A stretch of DNA of 45,980 bases from a virus. Its lineage: Duplodnaviria > Caudoviricetes. Each line of letters opens with the position of its first letter. The stretch's first letter is position 1. Location of the stretch: positions 1 through 45,980 of the IMG/VR virus record IMGVR_UViG_3300017903_001334; one strand, written 5' to 3'. The position numbers and the translations under genes are program-made. The notes beneath the pieces were generated by a model that saw only the letters and a program-made list of their open reading frames with translations, searched no databases and was not told the DNA's origin. Shown piece by piece: positions 1 to 8,223 of this stretch.

Positions 1-104
1 GGTATCATACATAGTAACTCAAATTCTTGTTGAGTTATGTGACCTTCGAGTAAACCTATTGTGTACTTTGTCACATTGACGTTAAAACGATTTGTTACTT
101 TCAT
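1..104 (-). CDS. Hypothetical protein, partial (runs off the left edge; MKVTNRFNVNVTKYTIGLLEGHITQQEFELLCMI...)
   Basis: ATG on the minus strand at 104-102, frame open to base 1, AT-rich leader, and a promoter-like motif ~34 nt upstream. Not in the ORF track because it is truncated. Confidence 0.6.
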   Translation of the reverse strand, partial: MKVTNRFNVNVTKYTIGLLEGHITQQEFELLCMI

Positions 105-137
105 ATTATTTAATTTTATTAGTTTATATTCAGTTAT

Positions 138-169
138 ATTATCCAATAGTAGTCGTACTTATTTTGTAA
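138..169 (-). promoter_or_regulatory. Putative phage early promoter, copy 1 (TTACA-N7-TACGA-N6-TTGGATAAT)
   Basis: Minus-strand sequence TTACAAAATAAGTACGACTACTATTGGATAAT. Same blocks and spacing as the copy at 436-467. Confidence 0.65.
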
Positions 170-386
170 TTAAGTACGCTCTACCGAATGTTGGTACATT
201 GTTTGAATTAGTGTAGTTACCATATTTCTGGAAACATTCCATAGTTTCAAACTTTTCTTGATTTGCAGAGTAAATTGCATCGTGGTCGTAAGTATACGTT
301 TCACCTTTTTTATTTGTGAATGTAATGATTGCGTTTTGACCGATTAGAGTTTTGCGAATGACAAATCTTTTTGTAGTTAGTTTCAT
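159..386 (-). CDS. Hypothetical early protein (75 aa)
   Basis: Clean ORF with AT-rich leader and a promoter-like motif ~50 nt upstream. Confidence 0.8.
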   Translation of the reverse strand: MKLTTKRFVIRKTLIGQNAIITFTNKKGETYTYDHDAIYSANQEKFETMECFQKYGNYTNSNNVPTFGRAYLITK

Positions 387-435
387 AATAGTTTAATTTT
401 AAAGTTTAATATTTATTTATTTTATTTACATTATT

Positions 436-467
436 ATTATCCAAGTATATTCGTAATAAATCTGTAA
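436..467 (-). promoter_or_regulatory. Putative phage early promoter, copy 2
   Basis: Minus-strand sequence TTACAGATTTATTACGAATATACTTGGATAAT. Block structure identical to 138-169. Confidence 0.65.
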
Positions 468-655
468 AACAAAAACGTAAAAATAGTTTTGAAAATGAAA
501 TAGTAGTGGAGTTGCACATACAAAAAGGCGAAAGCGAAACGTGGAAACGAAAAAAAGAAGCGGGGCTGGCAAAAAGAAAAGCGTTTTACAAAATAGCATG
601 CAGGTAAATAGGGTGGGGGCTGCACTAAAACCCTACATTTATAACAATATTTTTT
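468..655. other. Non-coding divergence region between leftward and rightward gene blocks
   Basis: Purine-rich + strand with repeated A-tracts alternating with GC patches (GGCGAAAGCGAAACG, GCGGGGCTGGC, GGGTGGGGGC). No convincing ORF. Confidence 0.55.
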
Positions 656-656
656 A

Positions 657-666
657 TGTAATAGTA
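657..666 (+). promoter_or_regulatory. Putative late promoter motif TGTAATAGTA
   Basis: Matches TGT[AG]ATNNTA seen in other intergenic gaps (1276, 28713, 40570, 43682). Lies just before the first rightward ATG. Confidence 0.45.
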
Positions 667-671
667 CCTTT

Positions 672-920
672 ATGGCTTACGTTCAGAGTAACAACCCGTT
701 TAAGAAGCAAAAACTGTCTGCAAAAGCAGCAAAAGATAAGGCTGCAAGAGATTTAGCCTATGCAAACACTAGAGACAGAGAAATAAAACGCGCTGATTCA
801 CAGAAAAAGCATCGAGAAAATCCAAAAATGAGTAATATGGACTACGATCACAAGGATAATAAATTCAAAACACCTAAAGCTAATCGTGGTAATGACGGAA
901 ATGGCACAAAAAAAGAGTAG
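672..920 (+). CDS. Small basic protein with MAYVQSNNPFKK leader and degenerate HNH-like motif
   Basis: Leader shared with the ORFs at 44077 and 44400. C-terminal DYDHKD...KANRG resembles minimal phage HNH proteins. Confidence 0.75.
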   Translation: MAYVQSNNPFKKQKLSAKAAKDKAARDLAYANTRDREIKRADSQKKHRENPKMSNMDYDHKDNKFKTPKANRGNDGNGTKKE

Positions 921-922
921 AA

Positions 923-1267
923 ATGACTAAAAGACGTATAATGCACGGCAAAAGACGCAGAAGGTCACCTTTAAAAAACATAGCAGCGAAAACAGGTATG
1001 ATGGCAGCGCTTTCAAACGGCGCTATAGGTGGTAAAAATGACAATACTGCAGATAAAAATAAAGAAAAGCCATTAGCAAATCAAGGAGGAGACTATTTAA
1101 CAAGAGATGAAGCTAACAAAATGATGGAAACGCGCATTTTAAAAGGTACATCTCAAAAGCCTAAAGAAAACAAACTTTCGGAAGGTGGTAGCGAAGCAGC
1201 TGAAATGCAAAGTAAACTTAAATTACCATCACAAGGAGGAGCTAGGCTACTTTTTGGTAAAAGATAG
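923..1267 (+). CDS. Small basic protein with N-terminal RRRR-SPLK motif
   Basis: ORF packed directly after the previous gene. Begins MTKRRIMHGKRRRRSPLK. Confidence 0.7.
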   Translation: MTKRRIMHGKRRRRSPLKNIAAKTGMMAALSNGAIGGKNDNTADKNKEKPLANQGGDYLTRDEANKMMETRILKGTSQKPKENKLSEGGSEAAEMQSKLKLPSQGGARLLFGKR

Positions 1268-1275
1268 TTAAATAA

Positions 1276-1285
1276 AGTAATAATA
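1276..1285 (+). promoter_or_regulatory. Putative late promoter motif AGTAATAATA
   Basis: Intergenic GTAATAATATATA, also present at 43683. Confidence 0.45.
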
Positions 1286-1323
1286 TATACATCGATAAAT
1301 AGATTAATCTAAAAAAAAAGAAA

Positions 1324-2376
1324 ATGGCATTTAAAATGAAAAACCCATCTATGGCCAAAATGGTTAAAGCAGCAGGCGACAACCGCGCAGCCATGAAGAT
1401 GAAGATGGAAGAAACTGCAGCTAAAATGAAAAAAGAGTCTGCAATGAAGCTTGATCCAGCAAAATCTAAAAGATCTAGTCTTGACAGAGAGTCTATGGCT
1501 AAGTTAAAAGAGAAAGCTTCAGCTATGAAAAAAGAAGGAGAAAGTCCTAGGCTTAAGAAAGCAATAAAAAATTCAGAAAGATTAGCGAAAAAAGCTGAGA
1601 GCCTTGGGAAAAAGTCTACCATGAAAGCAAACCGCGAAAACTTAAAATCTTCTAAAGGCGCTGGTACAACGACTCAATACACTAAAAATCCAGCTTACAT
1701 AGAGTATGAAAAGAAAAGAAAATCTCACAGAGATAGAGGCGGAGATGATGCGTCATTTACTATGGAACAACCTCCAAAGTACATTAAGGTTTCTGAAAGA
1801 AAAATTGGAGACAAGAAATCTCCTAGCAAGATGAAAAAGTCTGCTATGAAGATGAAAAAAGATAGCGCTGCAAAATTCAATGCTAAATTAAAAGCTGCAT
1901 CGAAAGCTGGTAAGCTTAGCGGTAAATTTAAAGAAGCTGTTGACGCTGCTCCTGCTAAGATGAAGAAGTCTGCTATGAAGAAAAAGTCTCATGAAGAGAA
2001 GATGGATAAAATTGCTAGTAGAAATCAAAAGAAGATTGATCGTATCACTGGTAAAGCTAAAGAAGATAGAATGGCTGCTAGAGCAGAGAAAAAAGCTAAG
2101 AAAGAGCAAGAGAAAATCACAAGACGCGACGAAAGAGAGACGCGTAAATATAATAACATGCTTGATCGAGATGAGAGAGCACGAGCTAGAGAAGCTGGTA
2201 GAGCTGCCGCTTCTGAATCTAGAGCAACTAGAAGAATAGATAGAAAATCAACTAAACTTCAAGGTAAAGAAGATAAAGCTATTGCTAGAGCTGACAAGAA
2301 AATTGCTAAGCAAAAAGCAAAGAAGCAAAAAGCAATGAATAAGAACTACAAGAAGATGAACAAGCTTGTAGGATAA
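1324..2376 (+). CDS. Lys/Arg/Ala/Met-rich, histone-like modular protein (350 aa); putative internal head or DNA-condensing polyprotein
   Basis: MAFKMK leader, four SAMK motifs plus AAMK/STMK/SPSK/SAAK/APAK variants, and a charged helical C-terminus. Confidence 0.8.
   Translation: MAFKMKNPSMAKMVKAAGDNRAAMKMKMEETAAKMKKESAMKLDPAKSKRSSLDRESMAKLKEKASAMKKEGESPRLKKAIKNSERLAKKAESLGKKSTMKANRENLKSSKGAGTTTQYTKNPAYIEYEKKRKSHRDRGGDDASFTMEQPPKYIKVSERKIGDKKSPSKMKKSAMKMKKDSAAKFNAKLKAASKAGKLSGKFKEAVDAAPAKMKKSAMKKKSHEEKMDKIASRNQKKIDRITGKAKEDRMAARAEKKAKKEQEKITRRDERETRKYNNMLDRDERARAREAGRAAASESRATRRIDRKSTKLQGKEDKAIARADKKIAKQKAKKQKAMNKNYKKMNKLVG
1819..1986 (+). repeat. Imperfect in-frame direct repeat encoding [SA]P[SA]KMKKSAMK
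   Basis: TCTCCTAGCAAGATGAAAAAGTCTGCTATGAAG at 1819 versus GCTCCTGCTAAGATGAAGAAGTCTGCTATGAAG at 1948. Confidence 0.8.
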
Positions 2377-2411
2377 TACTAATTACTAACCAATAAATAA
2401 AACCAATTAAA

Positions 2412-2708
2412 ATGACGTATTTGTATTACAAAACTAGTACGTGGACCGGTAATCCACAAGTAAACGAAAAAACCAAAGAGCAATGGAAGCATTTAGCCAA
2501 TAAACAAAACTGGCGGATAGTTCAATTGCCAAATGGTTATTACCAAACAGAAGTATCTCACCCTGACAAAGAAGACCAATGGTCAGATGTCACGCGTAGA
2601 GAAACCATAGAAGGAGCTGAGCAAGCAATTGATGGTAGCATCGATCACTTCAGCAAAAAACTAGAAGCCACCAAAGGCCCAAAAGTAGTAAAAACCTTCA
2701 ACGAATAA
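2412..2708 (+). CDS. Hypothetical protein (98 aa)
   Basis: Clean ORF with AT-rich leader, immediately upstream of groEL. Confidence 0.8.
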   Translation: MTYLYYKTSTWTGNPQVNEKTKEQWKHLANKQNWRIVQLPNGYYQTEVSHPDKEDQWSDVTRRETIEGAEQAIDGSIDHFSKKLEATKGPKVVKTFNE

Positions 2709-2739
2709 ACTCAAAACTAATTTAATTAAATCTAATCTA

Positions 2740-4305
2740 ATGGAGTACAACAATCCTAGTCTCCTCATCAAAGAATTAAACTTTGGTGAGGACGCTAAAA
2801 CCAAAATTACAGCTGGAGTTACTAAACTAGCCAGTGCAGTAAAATCAACACTAGGCGCCTCTGGAAAGTGCGTTATATACGAAGACGCAAGAGGGATGCC
2901 TGTGATTACTAAAGACGGAGTTACAGTAGCAGAATCTGTAGTGTTATTCGACCCTGTAGAAAACATGGGCGCTACGCTGATAAAAGAGTCTGCTAAGAAT
3001 ACAGTCAAAGAAGCTGGTGACGGTACTACTACCGCTACAGTTCTTGCCGAGTCCTTACTAAAAACTATAAACTTACCTGAATACGAGGACTACGCCACTC
3101 GCGTTCTGCGAGCTGGTGTCAATAGTGGTTTGAAAAAAGTAAATAAATATCTAGACTCTATAAAAATAGACGTTGACGATAACATGCTAAACCACGTAGC
3201 TACAATTAGTTGTAATAACGATAAAGAACTTGGCGCTATTATAGCTGAAGCTTACAAGTCTGTAGGTAAAGACGGAGTAGTACTTATGGAAACTTCAGAC
3301 ACTGAAGACACTTACGTAGACATCGTGGACGGTGTTCAGTTCGACTGCGGCCTTACTTCCCCTCATTTTGTCACTAATACGGAAAAGCATAAGTGTGAGC
3401 TAGAAAGCCCGCTTATACTTATATGTGGATCTGAGATACCCAACATACGAAAAATACAGAATATACTTGAGTATGTTATAAAAAACAACAGGGCACTGTT
3501 AATTATAGCTCCAGTGTCACAGCAAGTTAAATCAGCTCTTTTAATGAACAAAGTAAAAGGCAATATAAAAGTCAACATAATCGACTTGCCCGGTTTTGGT
3601 CCTACTAAAAAAGACGCTTGCGAAGACTTAGCTATATTAACAGGCGCTACGTTGTTTAACGAAGAGTTAGGCGATGACTTAGATTCTATATCTCCAGATG
3701 ATTTAGGCGAAGCTGACTTTGCTACAACAGATGATGAGAACACTATATTGACTGTAGACGCAGATAATAAAGAGGTTGAAGAGCGAATAGATAATTTAAC
3801 AAAACAAATAGCAGATGAAAAAAATGGTTTCATTAAGAAAAAGCTGGAGCAAAGACTGTCTATGTTATCTGGTAGTGTTGGAATTATCCGCGTTGGGGCA
3901 GACTCTAAGGTTGAGCTTAAAGAAAAGAAAGATAGAGTCGAGGATGCGATTTATGCTACAAAAGCTGCGCTCAAGGAAGGTATAGTACCTGGCGGTGGTG
4001 TAGCTCTGTTAAATGCCTCTGAAAAAGTAAAAGCAGAGACTATAGGTGAAAAAATATTAATGAGTGCTATTAGAGCTCCGTTTGACACTATATTAGAAAA
4101 CGCTGGCTTAGACATTGACATGGACATGAAAGAAGGTAATGGTGTCGACGTTGTATCAGAAGAAACTGTCAACATGATTGACGCTGGTATTATTGACCCT
4201 GTGCTTGTAACAAAGTCCGCGCTTAAAAATGCAGTAAGCGTAGTTATGACTATAGTATCTGCAGATTGTGTAATATCAAATATTAGAGTAGATGAAGGCA
4301 GTTAA
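2740..4305 (+). CDS. groEL: Phage-encoded chaperonin GroEL (Cpn60)
   Basis: Motifs ITKDGVTVAE, AGDGTTTATVLA, EKKDRVEDA, GIVPGGGVAL and IIDPVLVTKSAL. No GGM tail. Confidence 0.97.
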   Translation: MEYNNPSLLIKELNFGEDAKTKITAGVTKLASAVKSTLGASGKCVIYEDARGMPVITKDGVTVAESVVLFDPVENMGATLIKESAKNTVKEAGDGTTTATVLAESLLKTINLPEYEDYATRVLRAGVNSGLKKVNKYLDSIKIDVDDNMLNHVATISCNNDKELGAIIAEAYKSVGKDGVVLMETSDTEDTYVDIVDGVQFDCGLTSPHFVTNTEKHKCELESPLILICGSEIPNIRKIQNILEYVIKNNRALLIIAPVSQQVKSALLMNKVKGNIKVNIIDLPGFGPTKKDACEDLAILTGATLFNEELGDDLDSISPDDLGEADFATTDDENTILTVDADNKEVEERIDNLTKQIADEKNGFIKKKLEQRLSMLSGSVGIIRVGADSKVELKEKKDRVEDAIYATKAALKEGIVPGGGVALLNASEKVKAETIGEKILMSAIRAPFDTILENAGLDIDMDMKEGNGVDVVSEETVNMIDAGIIDPVLVTKSALKNAVSVVMTIVSADCVISNIRVDEGS

Positions 4306-4546
4306 TCACTATGTAGTTGTAGAAAAACTAAAAGAAGAAAAGAAAGTTGGTGGATTGATACTTACAGATGATTTAAACGAAGATAACAGATATTTGAAAG
4401 GTAGAGTTATTTCTGTAGGTAATCTAGTTGAGGCTGTAGAAGAGGAAGATATTGTTTATTACGATAAAATTGCAGGTCACGGAATACAGTTTGATAAAAA
4501 ACTTTATTTTGTTATTAAGTCAAGTGATATTGTATTAGTAGATTAA
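4292..4546 (+). CDS. groES: Co-chaperonin GroES (Cpn10)
   Basis: 84 aa with KKVGGLIL mobile loop, GRVISVG, and a DIV C-terminal strand. Overlaps the end of groEL. Confidence 0.9.
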   Translation: MKAVNHYVVVEKLKEEKKVGGLILTDDLNEDNRYLKGRVISVGNLVEAVEEEDIVYYDKIAGHGIQFDKKLYFVIKSSDIVLVD

Positions 4547-4622
4547 ACATAAACCACAAACTTTAATCCTCAAACACAAAATCTAAAACAAATTATTTAT
4601 TAATCATTAAAACATTTAAAAA

Positions 4623-4967
4623 ATGGCTTATTTATTTTTTGCAGAAGGCGCAGGCCTTGACGCAACTGGGGATGCTGCGGTATACCCACACGAAAACTTT
4701 TTAGGAATTGATCCTATTTCAGCTACAACTGCTGAGATCTCTTTTAAAGCAAGAAACGGTAGCGCGGTAGATGATACTGTATTAGTTACTTATGCTACTA
4801 CTGCTAACGGTGGTGGTTATAAGAAATTTGCAGCAGCTTTTGCAAAGCTTCTTAGTCAGTTAAACAATACTCAATCAAAAGAAATGGTTGTTGTTGCTGA
4901 TGAAGACAATAGTGTTTATTTCGATCCTATTATCTCGGGTACTGTTACTATTACAACTGTAGCGTAA
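4623..4967 (+). CDS. Hypothetical protein, probably virion structural (114 aa)
   Basis: Ala/Thr/Gly-rich composition and a long A/C/T-only leader suggesting high expression. Confidence 0.7.
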   Translation: MAYLFFAEGAGLDATGDAAVYPHENFLGIDPISATTAEISFKARNGSAVDDTVLVTYATTANGGGYKKFAAAFAKLLSQLNNTQSKEMVVVADEDNSVYFDPIISGTVTITTVA

Positions 4968-4968
4968 T

Positions 4969-5409
4969 TTGAGATTAACTAGTCACGATTTACGTGAATT
5001 ACAAATCCTAAAGTACTACAGGCTCACTAGAAAGTGGGCTTGTAGAACTTACGGGTTGACAGACGCAGATCTTGAGTTATTGATTTACTTAGACTGCAAA
5101 AAAAGATTTACACGCAAAGAGTTTGAAAATGGTGAATATACTCTTAGTTGGGATAAACACCGTTGGGAAAAGCTAAGAAGAGAAGGCTGGATTGAAGTAT
5201 GGCGTCATCGAAATCGAACTACGATTAAGTACAGCGTCTTTAAAACTTCTTTTAAATGCAGCCATTTAATTAGCAGAATATACAGAATATTATTAGGCGA
5301 AGAAGACGTGCCTACTACTGAGAGAAACGTCTTTTACAAAAATGAAACATATACAGATAAAGTGTTTAACAAAGCTTTAGACGATATGATAAAAGACCCA
5401 GAAAGATAA
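4969..5409 (+). CDS. Putative winged-helix (MarR-like) DNA-binding protein
   Basis: TTG start. GLTDADLELLIYL...KLRREGWIEV pattern is typical of winged HTH proteins. Confidence 0.6.
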   Translation: MRLTSHDLRELQILKYYRLTRKWACRTYGLTDADLELLIYLDCKKRFTRKEFENGEYTLSWDKHRWEKLRREGWIEVWRHRNRTTIKYSVFKTSFKCSHLISRIYRILLGEEDVPTTERNVFYKNETYTDKVFNKALDDMIKDPER

Positions 5410-5768
5410 TGGCGTTTAAACTAGGTAGCGAAAGTAGAAAAATAAGAACCTCGAAGAACACACCTATATTTAGAAAAAAGCTAGACAAAGGCATTGTGGC
5501 TGAGGCTAACTTAGATGGGTCTATATACATAAATAAAAATGTAAAGCCTGGTAGCGCTTTGGAAAAGAGAGCTATTAAGCATGAGCAGAAACATATCGAC
5601 GATATGCGTGATCCTAAAATAGCATTATCTTACGGAGATGACTACGTTAGATACAAAGGGAAAACATATCCTAGAAAAAATGGTAAAATTAAGTATAACG
5701 GCAAATGGTCCGAAGAAGGTAGCATGGACTTTCCTTGGGAGCAAAGAGCAAAAAAAGCAGAAAAGTAA
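5409..5768 (+). CDS. Small zincin-like metallopeptidase (HExxH) with MAFK N-terminus
   Basis: GSIYIN strand, AIKHEQKH at 5580-5594, and a downstream PWEQRA supplying a candidate third Zn ligand. Confidence 0.75.
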   Translation: MAFKLGSESRKIRTSKNTPIFRKKLDKGIVAEANLDGSIYINKNVKPGSALEKRAIKHEQKHIDDMRDPKIALSYGDDYVRYKGKTYPRKNGKIKYNGKWSEEGSMDFPWEQRAKKAEK

Positions 5769-6202
5769 TGGCATTTAAAATGAGAAGTAACTCAATGGCT
5801 AAAATGGCCAAAGAGGCTGGAGCTGGAAGACCTTCAGCTATGAAGAAAATTGTTGTAGCAGGAAGCAAAGCAGCTAAGAAAGCTGAAAGAGAAGCTAGAA
5901 AAGAAGCAAAAAAAGCAGCTAGACAAGAAAGAAAAGACTTAAAGGCTGTCGGAGGAGATCAAGCTAAGCTAGATAAGAAAAGAGAAATGGCTGCAGCTCG
6001 AGAAAAAAGAAGAGAGCAATACAAAATCGACAACGCGGAAGCTTTAGCTAGACAAGGTAAAGGTTATATGACTAGAGGTGAAAGCGGCGGTACAGATTAT
6101 GTTAGAGCTACAAGAGGCGGTACTGAAAATGTTGAGAGAGGAGCAGTTTCAAGAGAAGCAGGTATGGCTAGAAATCCTATGAATCTAAAGAAAAAGAAAT
6201 GA
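5768..6202 (+). CDS. Basic protein with MAFKMR...PSAMKK leader (start corrected from 5735)
   Basis: ATG overlaps the previous stop (TAATG). The first ~26 aa are paralogous to the leader of 1324..2376. Confidence 0.8.
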   Translation: MAFKMRSNSMAKMAKEAGAGRPSAMKKIVVAGSKAAKKAEREARKEAKKAARQERKDLKAVGGDQAKLDKKREMAAAREKRREQYKIDNAEALARQGKGYMTRGESGGTDYVRATRGGTENVERGAVSREAGMARNPMNLKKKK

Positions 6203-6615
6203 TAAACAACTTGCTTAGTGGAATATTAGGTAAAGTGGTAGATAACGCTGAAGGCATACTTGACAAAGTTATTACTACTGATAAAGAGAGAGATGAAGCT
6301 AAGTTTGCTATTAAAAAGCTACTTCTTGATGCAGAGCGTGAAGCTTTTGCAAAAGAAGTTGAAGATCGTAAATCTGCACGTGATCTATATAAAGACGATG
6401 CTATAATTCAAAAGCTTTTAGCTACTTTGTTTACTGTTGCTTATTTTGGCATTACGTTTGTAATGTTTCAATACTTTGTAACAAAGACTATAGATTTAGG
6501 TGAGTTTGAAATTAGCTTTATATCGACAATATTTGGCGCTATGAGTGCTAAAGTAAATACAATAATAGACTTCTTCTTCGGTGGAAGTTCAAATAAAAAC
6601 GTTAAAGAAAAATAA
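6199..6615 (+). CDS. Holin-like membrane protein
   Basis: N-terminal amphipathic segment, DRKSARD motif, two hydrophobic helices, and a DFFFGGS ending as in 3TM-holin-like phage proteins. Confidence 0.6.
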   Translation: MINNLLSGILGKVVDNAEGILDKVITTDKERDEAKFAIKKLLLDAEREAFAKEVEDRKSARDLYKDDAIIQKLLATLFTVAYFGITFVMFQYFVTKTIDLGEFEISFISTIFGAMSAKVNTIIDFFFGGSSNKNVKEK

Positions 6616-6616
6616 A

Positions 6617-7195
6617 ATGGGAATTAACTCAACACACACAAGTTACGCATTTGGTCAACTAGGCTCTGCTCACTGCAAAACAGCTTCATCTGTATTTCCA
6701 CCTAGAGGTATGGTTATATGCGCTGTTCAGTTTTTAGCAGCTAACACACCAACTATAATGAGAACAGAAACTAGTTCAGCTTTAGCACAAGATCACTTTG
6801 CTTGCTTATCCACTGAACATGCCGCTCATAACAATGGAGACACGCAGCAAGGTTTAACAGACGCCGCGCTAAACACGGCTCACACTTTGTCAGCTGCTAA
6901 CTCTAACATTGAAGTTGGCATGCAAGTTATCTCTAACACTGAATATACAGGTGTTGATAAAACAAACGACAAGCCAGCCGTAGTTGTTACTAGAGTTGAT
7001 GGTACTACTATTGAGTTTAATAGACCTATTACAGCCGCATCTACTACGTTGACGTTCTCAAAAGAAACTGGTGACGGAGGTGAAGACGCGTCTGGCATTA
7101 CTTATCCAACAGGTATCATTATTTATGGTCGATGGACAGAAGTTAGGCCTAGTGCTGACGCTGACGGTGGAATAATCTGTTATTTCGGGTACTAA
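6617..7195 (+). CDS. Putative virion structural protein (start corrected to MGINSTH)
   Basis: ATG immediately after the previous stop. Beta-rich, with an internal IEVGMQVIS...TIEFNRPI small beta module. Confidence 0.65.
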   Translation: MGINSTHTSYAFGQLGSAHCKTASSVFPPRGMVICAVQFLAANTPTIMRTETSSALAQDHFACLSTEHAAHNNGDTQQGLTDAALNTAHTLSAANSNIEVGMQVISNTEYTGVDKTNDKPAVVVTRVDGTTIEFNRPITAASTTLTFSKETGDGGEDASGITYPTGIIIYGRWTEVRPSADADGGIICYFGY

Positions 7196-8196
7196 TGGGA
7201 TTTGTAGCTGGACTAGGACATCCGGGTTTGCACTGCGGTATACCATCTTACTATATAGATACTGGTGCTGGTAATACTTGGGACGCTAATACTTATGCTA
7301 CTGTTTATTTCGATAATAGCGGTAGTATGGGAAGTATAATCACTCCTTTAACTAATGCTATGGGTGGTGATTATTTTTCTAGTGGATCAGCCGCTGGTGG
7401 TGATGGAGTTAAAAATACAGACTCTCTTAGATCTACACTTCAAGACTTATATGCAACTGGTGGTATTGAAGGCGCTCCGGATTACAATACTGATAACGCT
7501 ACAAACGGTAAAGATGAATTTGAAAAGCACGTTCAATTTGTAGAGCTCTCTAATGAAAGATCAGCTCTTTGGTTATCAACGCCTTATAAATATAATAGTG
7601 GAGCAACTTGGCCAAACTCTCCAACTCAGTCAACTTACAATGATGCTGGATTTGTAACCCCTAGTAATTTTGTTGGTGTAGTTGTCTGTAATGAGTCGCA
7701 ATCTAATTACCACGATAGTCTTAACGGAGCTGGGTGGAGTAACACAGAGATAACAAGTCTTTGGAAAGGCGATGTAAATGCTCTTAGAAGTGCTATAAAA
7801 GCAGGTGGAGCTATGGACAGTCACCCAGCTAACACAGACCCTTCGTTTACAGCGGTTATATTAGATCCAGGAGGTGGCGGTTCCCACGTCTCCGAGTCGG
7901 ATCACGATGGACCTGTGCGTAACGGCATACAAACAACTGCTTCTCAAGCACTTTGGGCTTTTGGAGCTAAAGAAGGTCAAGGATCTTACGCTGCCGATGC
8001 AGTAGATGCTGGTGAAACGTACAGTTTAGTTGACCTTTCAATACCTGCCGGAACTGGGCTAATGGCTTGGAACGACACGACAAACGCTTTAATCTTGCAG
8101 CAGCTAGAAAATAAGTCAGCTGAAACTAGCGTTTCTTATTGGAAACAACAACTATTAAATGCTTTTCAGGTAAATCTTATAATACCTGGGGCTTAA
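7195..8196 (+). CDS. VWA-domain (MIDAS) protein, probably virion-associated
   Basis: TVYFDNSGSM (DxSxS at 7312-7326) after a beta strand, and a later VVVCNES strand. Gly/Ser/Thr/Asn-rich. Confidence 0.6.
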   Translation: MGFVAGLGHPGLHCGIPSYYIDTGAGNTWDANTYATVYFDNSGSMGSIITPLTNAMGGDYFSSGSAAGGDGVKNTDSLRSTLQDLYATGGIEGAPDYNTDNATNGKDEFEKHVQFVELSNERSALWLSTPYKYNSGATWPNSPTQSTYNDAGFVTPSNFVGVVVCNESQSNYHDSLNGAGWSNTEITSLWKGDVNALRSAIKAGGAMDSHPANTDPSFTAVILDPGGGGSHVSESDHDGPVRNGIQTTASQALWAFGAKEGQGSYAADAVDAGETYSLVDLSIPAGTGLMAWNDTTNALILQQLENKSAETSVSYWKQQLLNAFQVNLIIPGA

Positions 8197-8223
8197 CAAT
8201 TTAATTATATATTATTTATTATT

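Noticed and set aside
437-756. ORFs 437..625 (-) and 541..756 (+)
   Set aside because: Low-complexity translations of the A-tract region that overlap promoter-like motifs or the better-supported 672..920 gene.
1324-2376. CRISPR array or DGR-type repeat in the repetitive region
   Set aside because: Repeats are in-frame, codon-degenerate and irregularly spaced. No cas or reverse transcriptase gene is present in the window.
2740-4546. Host chromosomal groESL, implying a prophage boundary or contamination
   Set aside because: Reversed gene order, divergent sequence without a GGM tail, and seamless embedding among phage genes.
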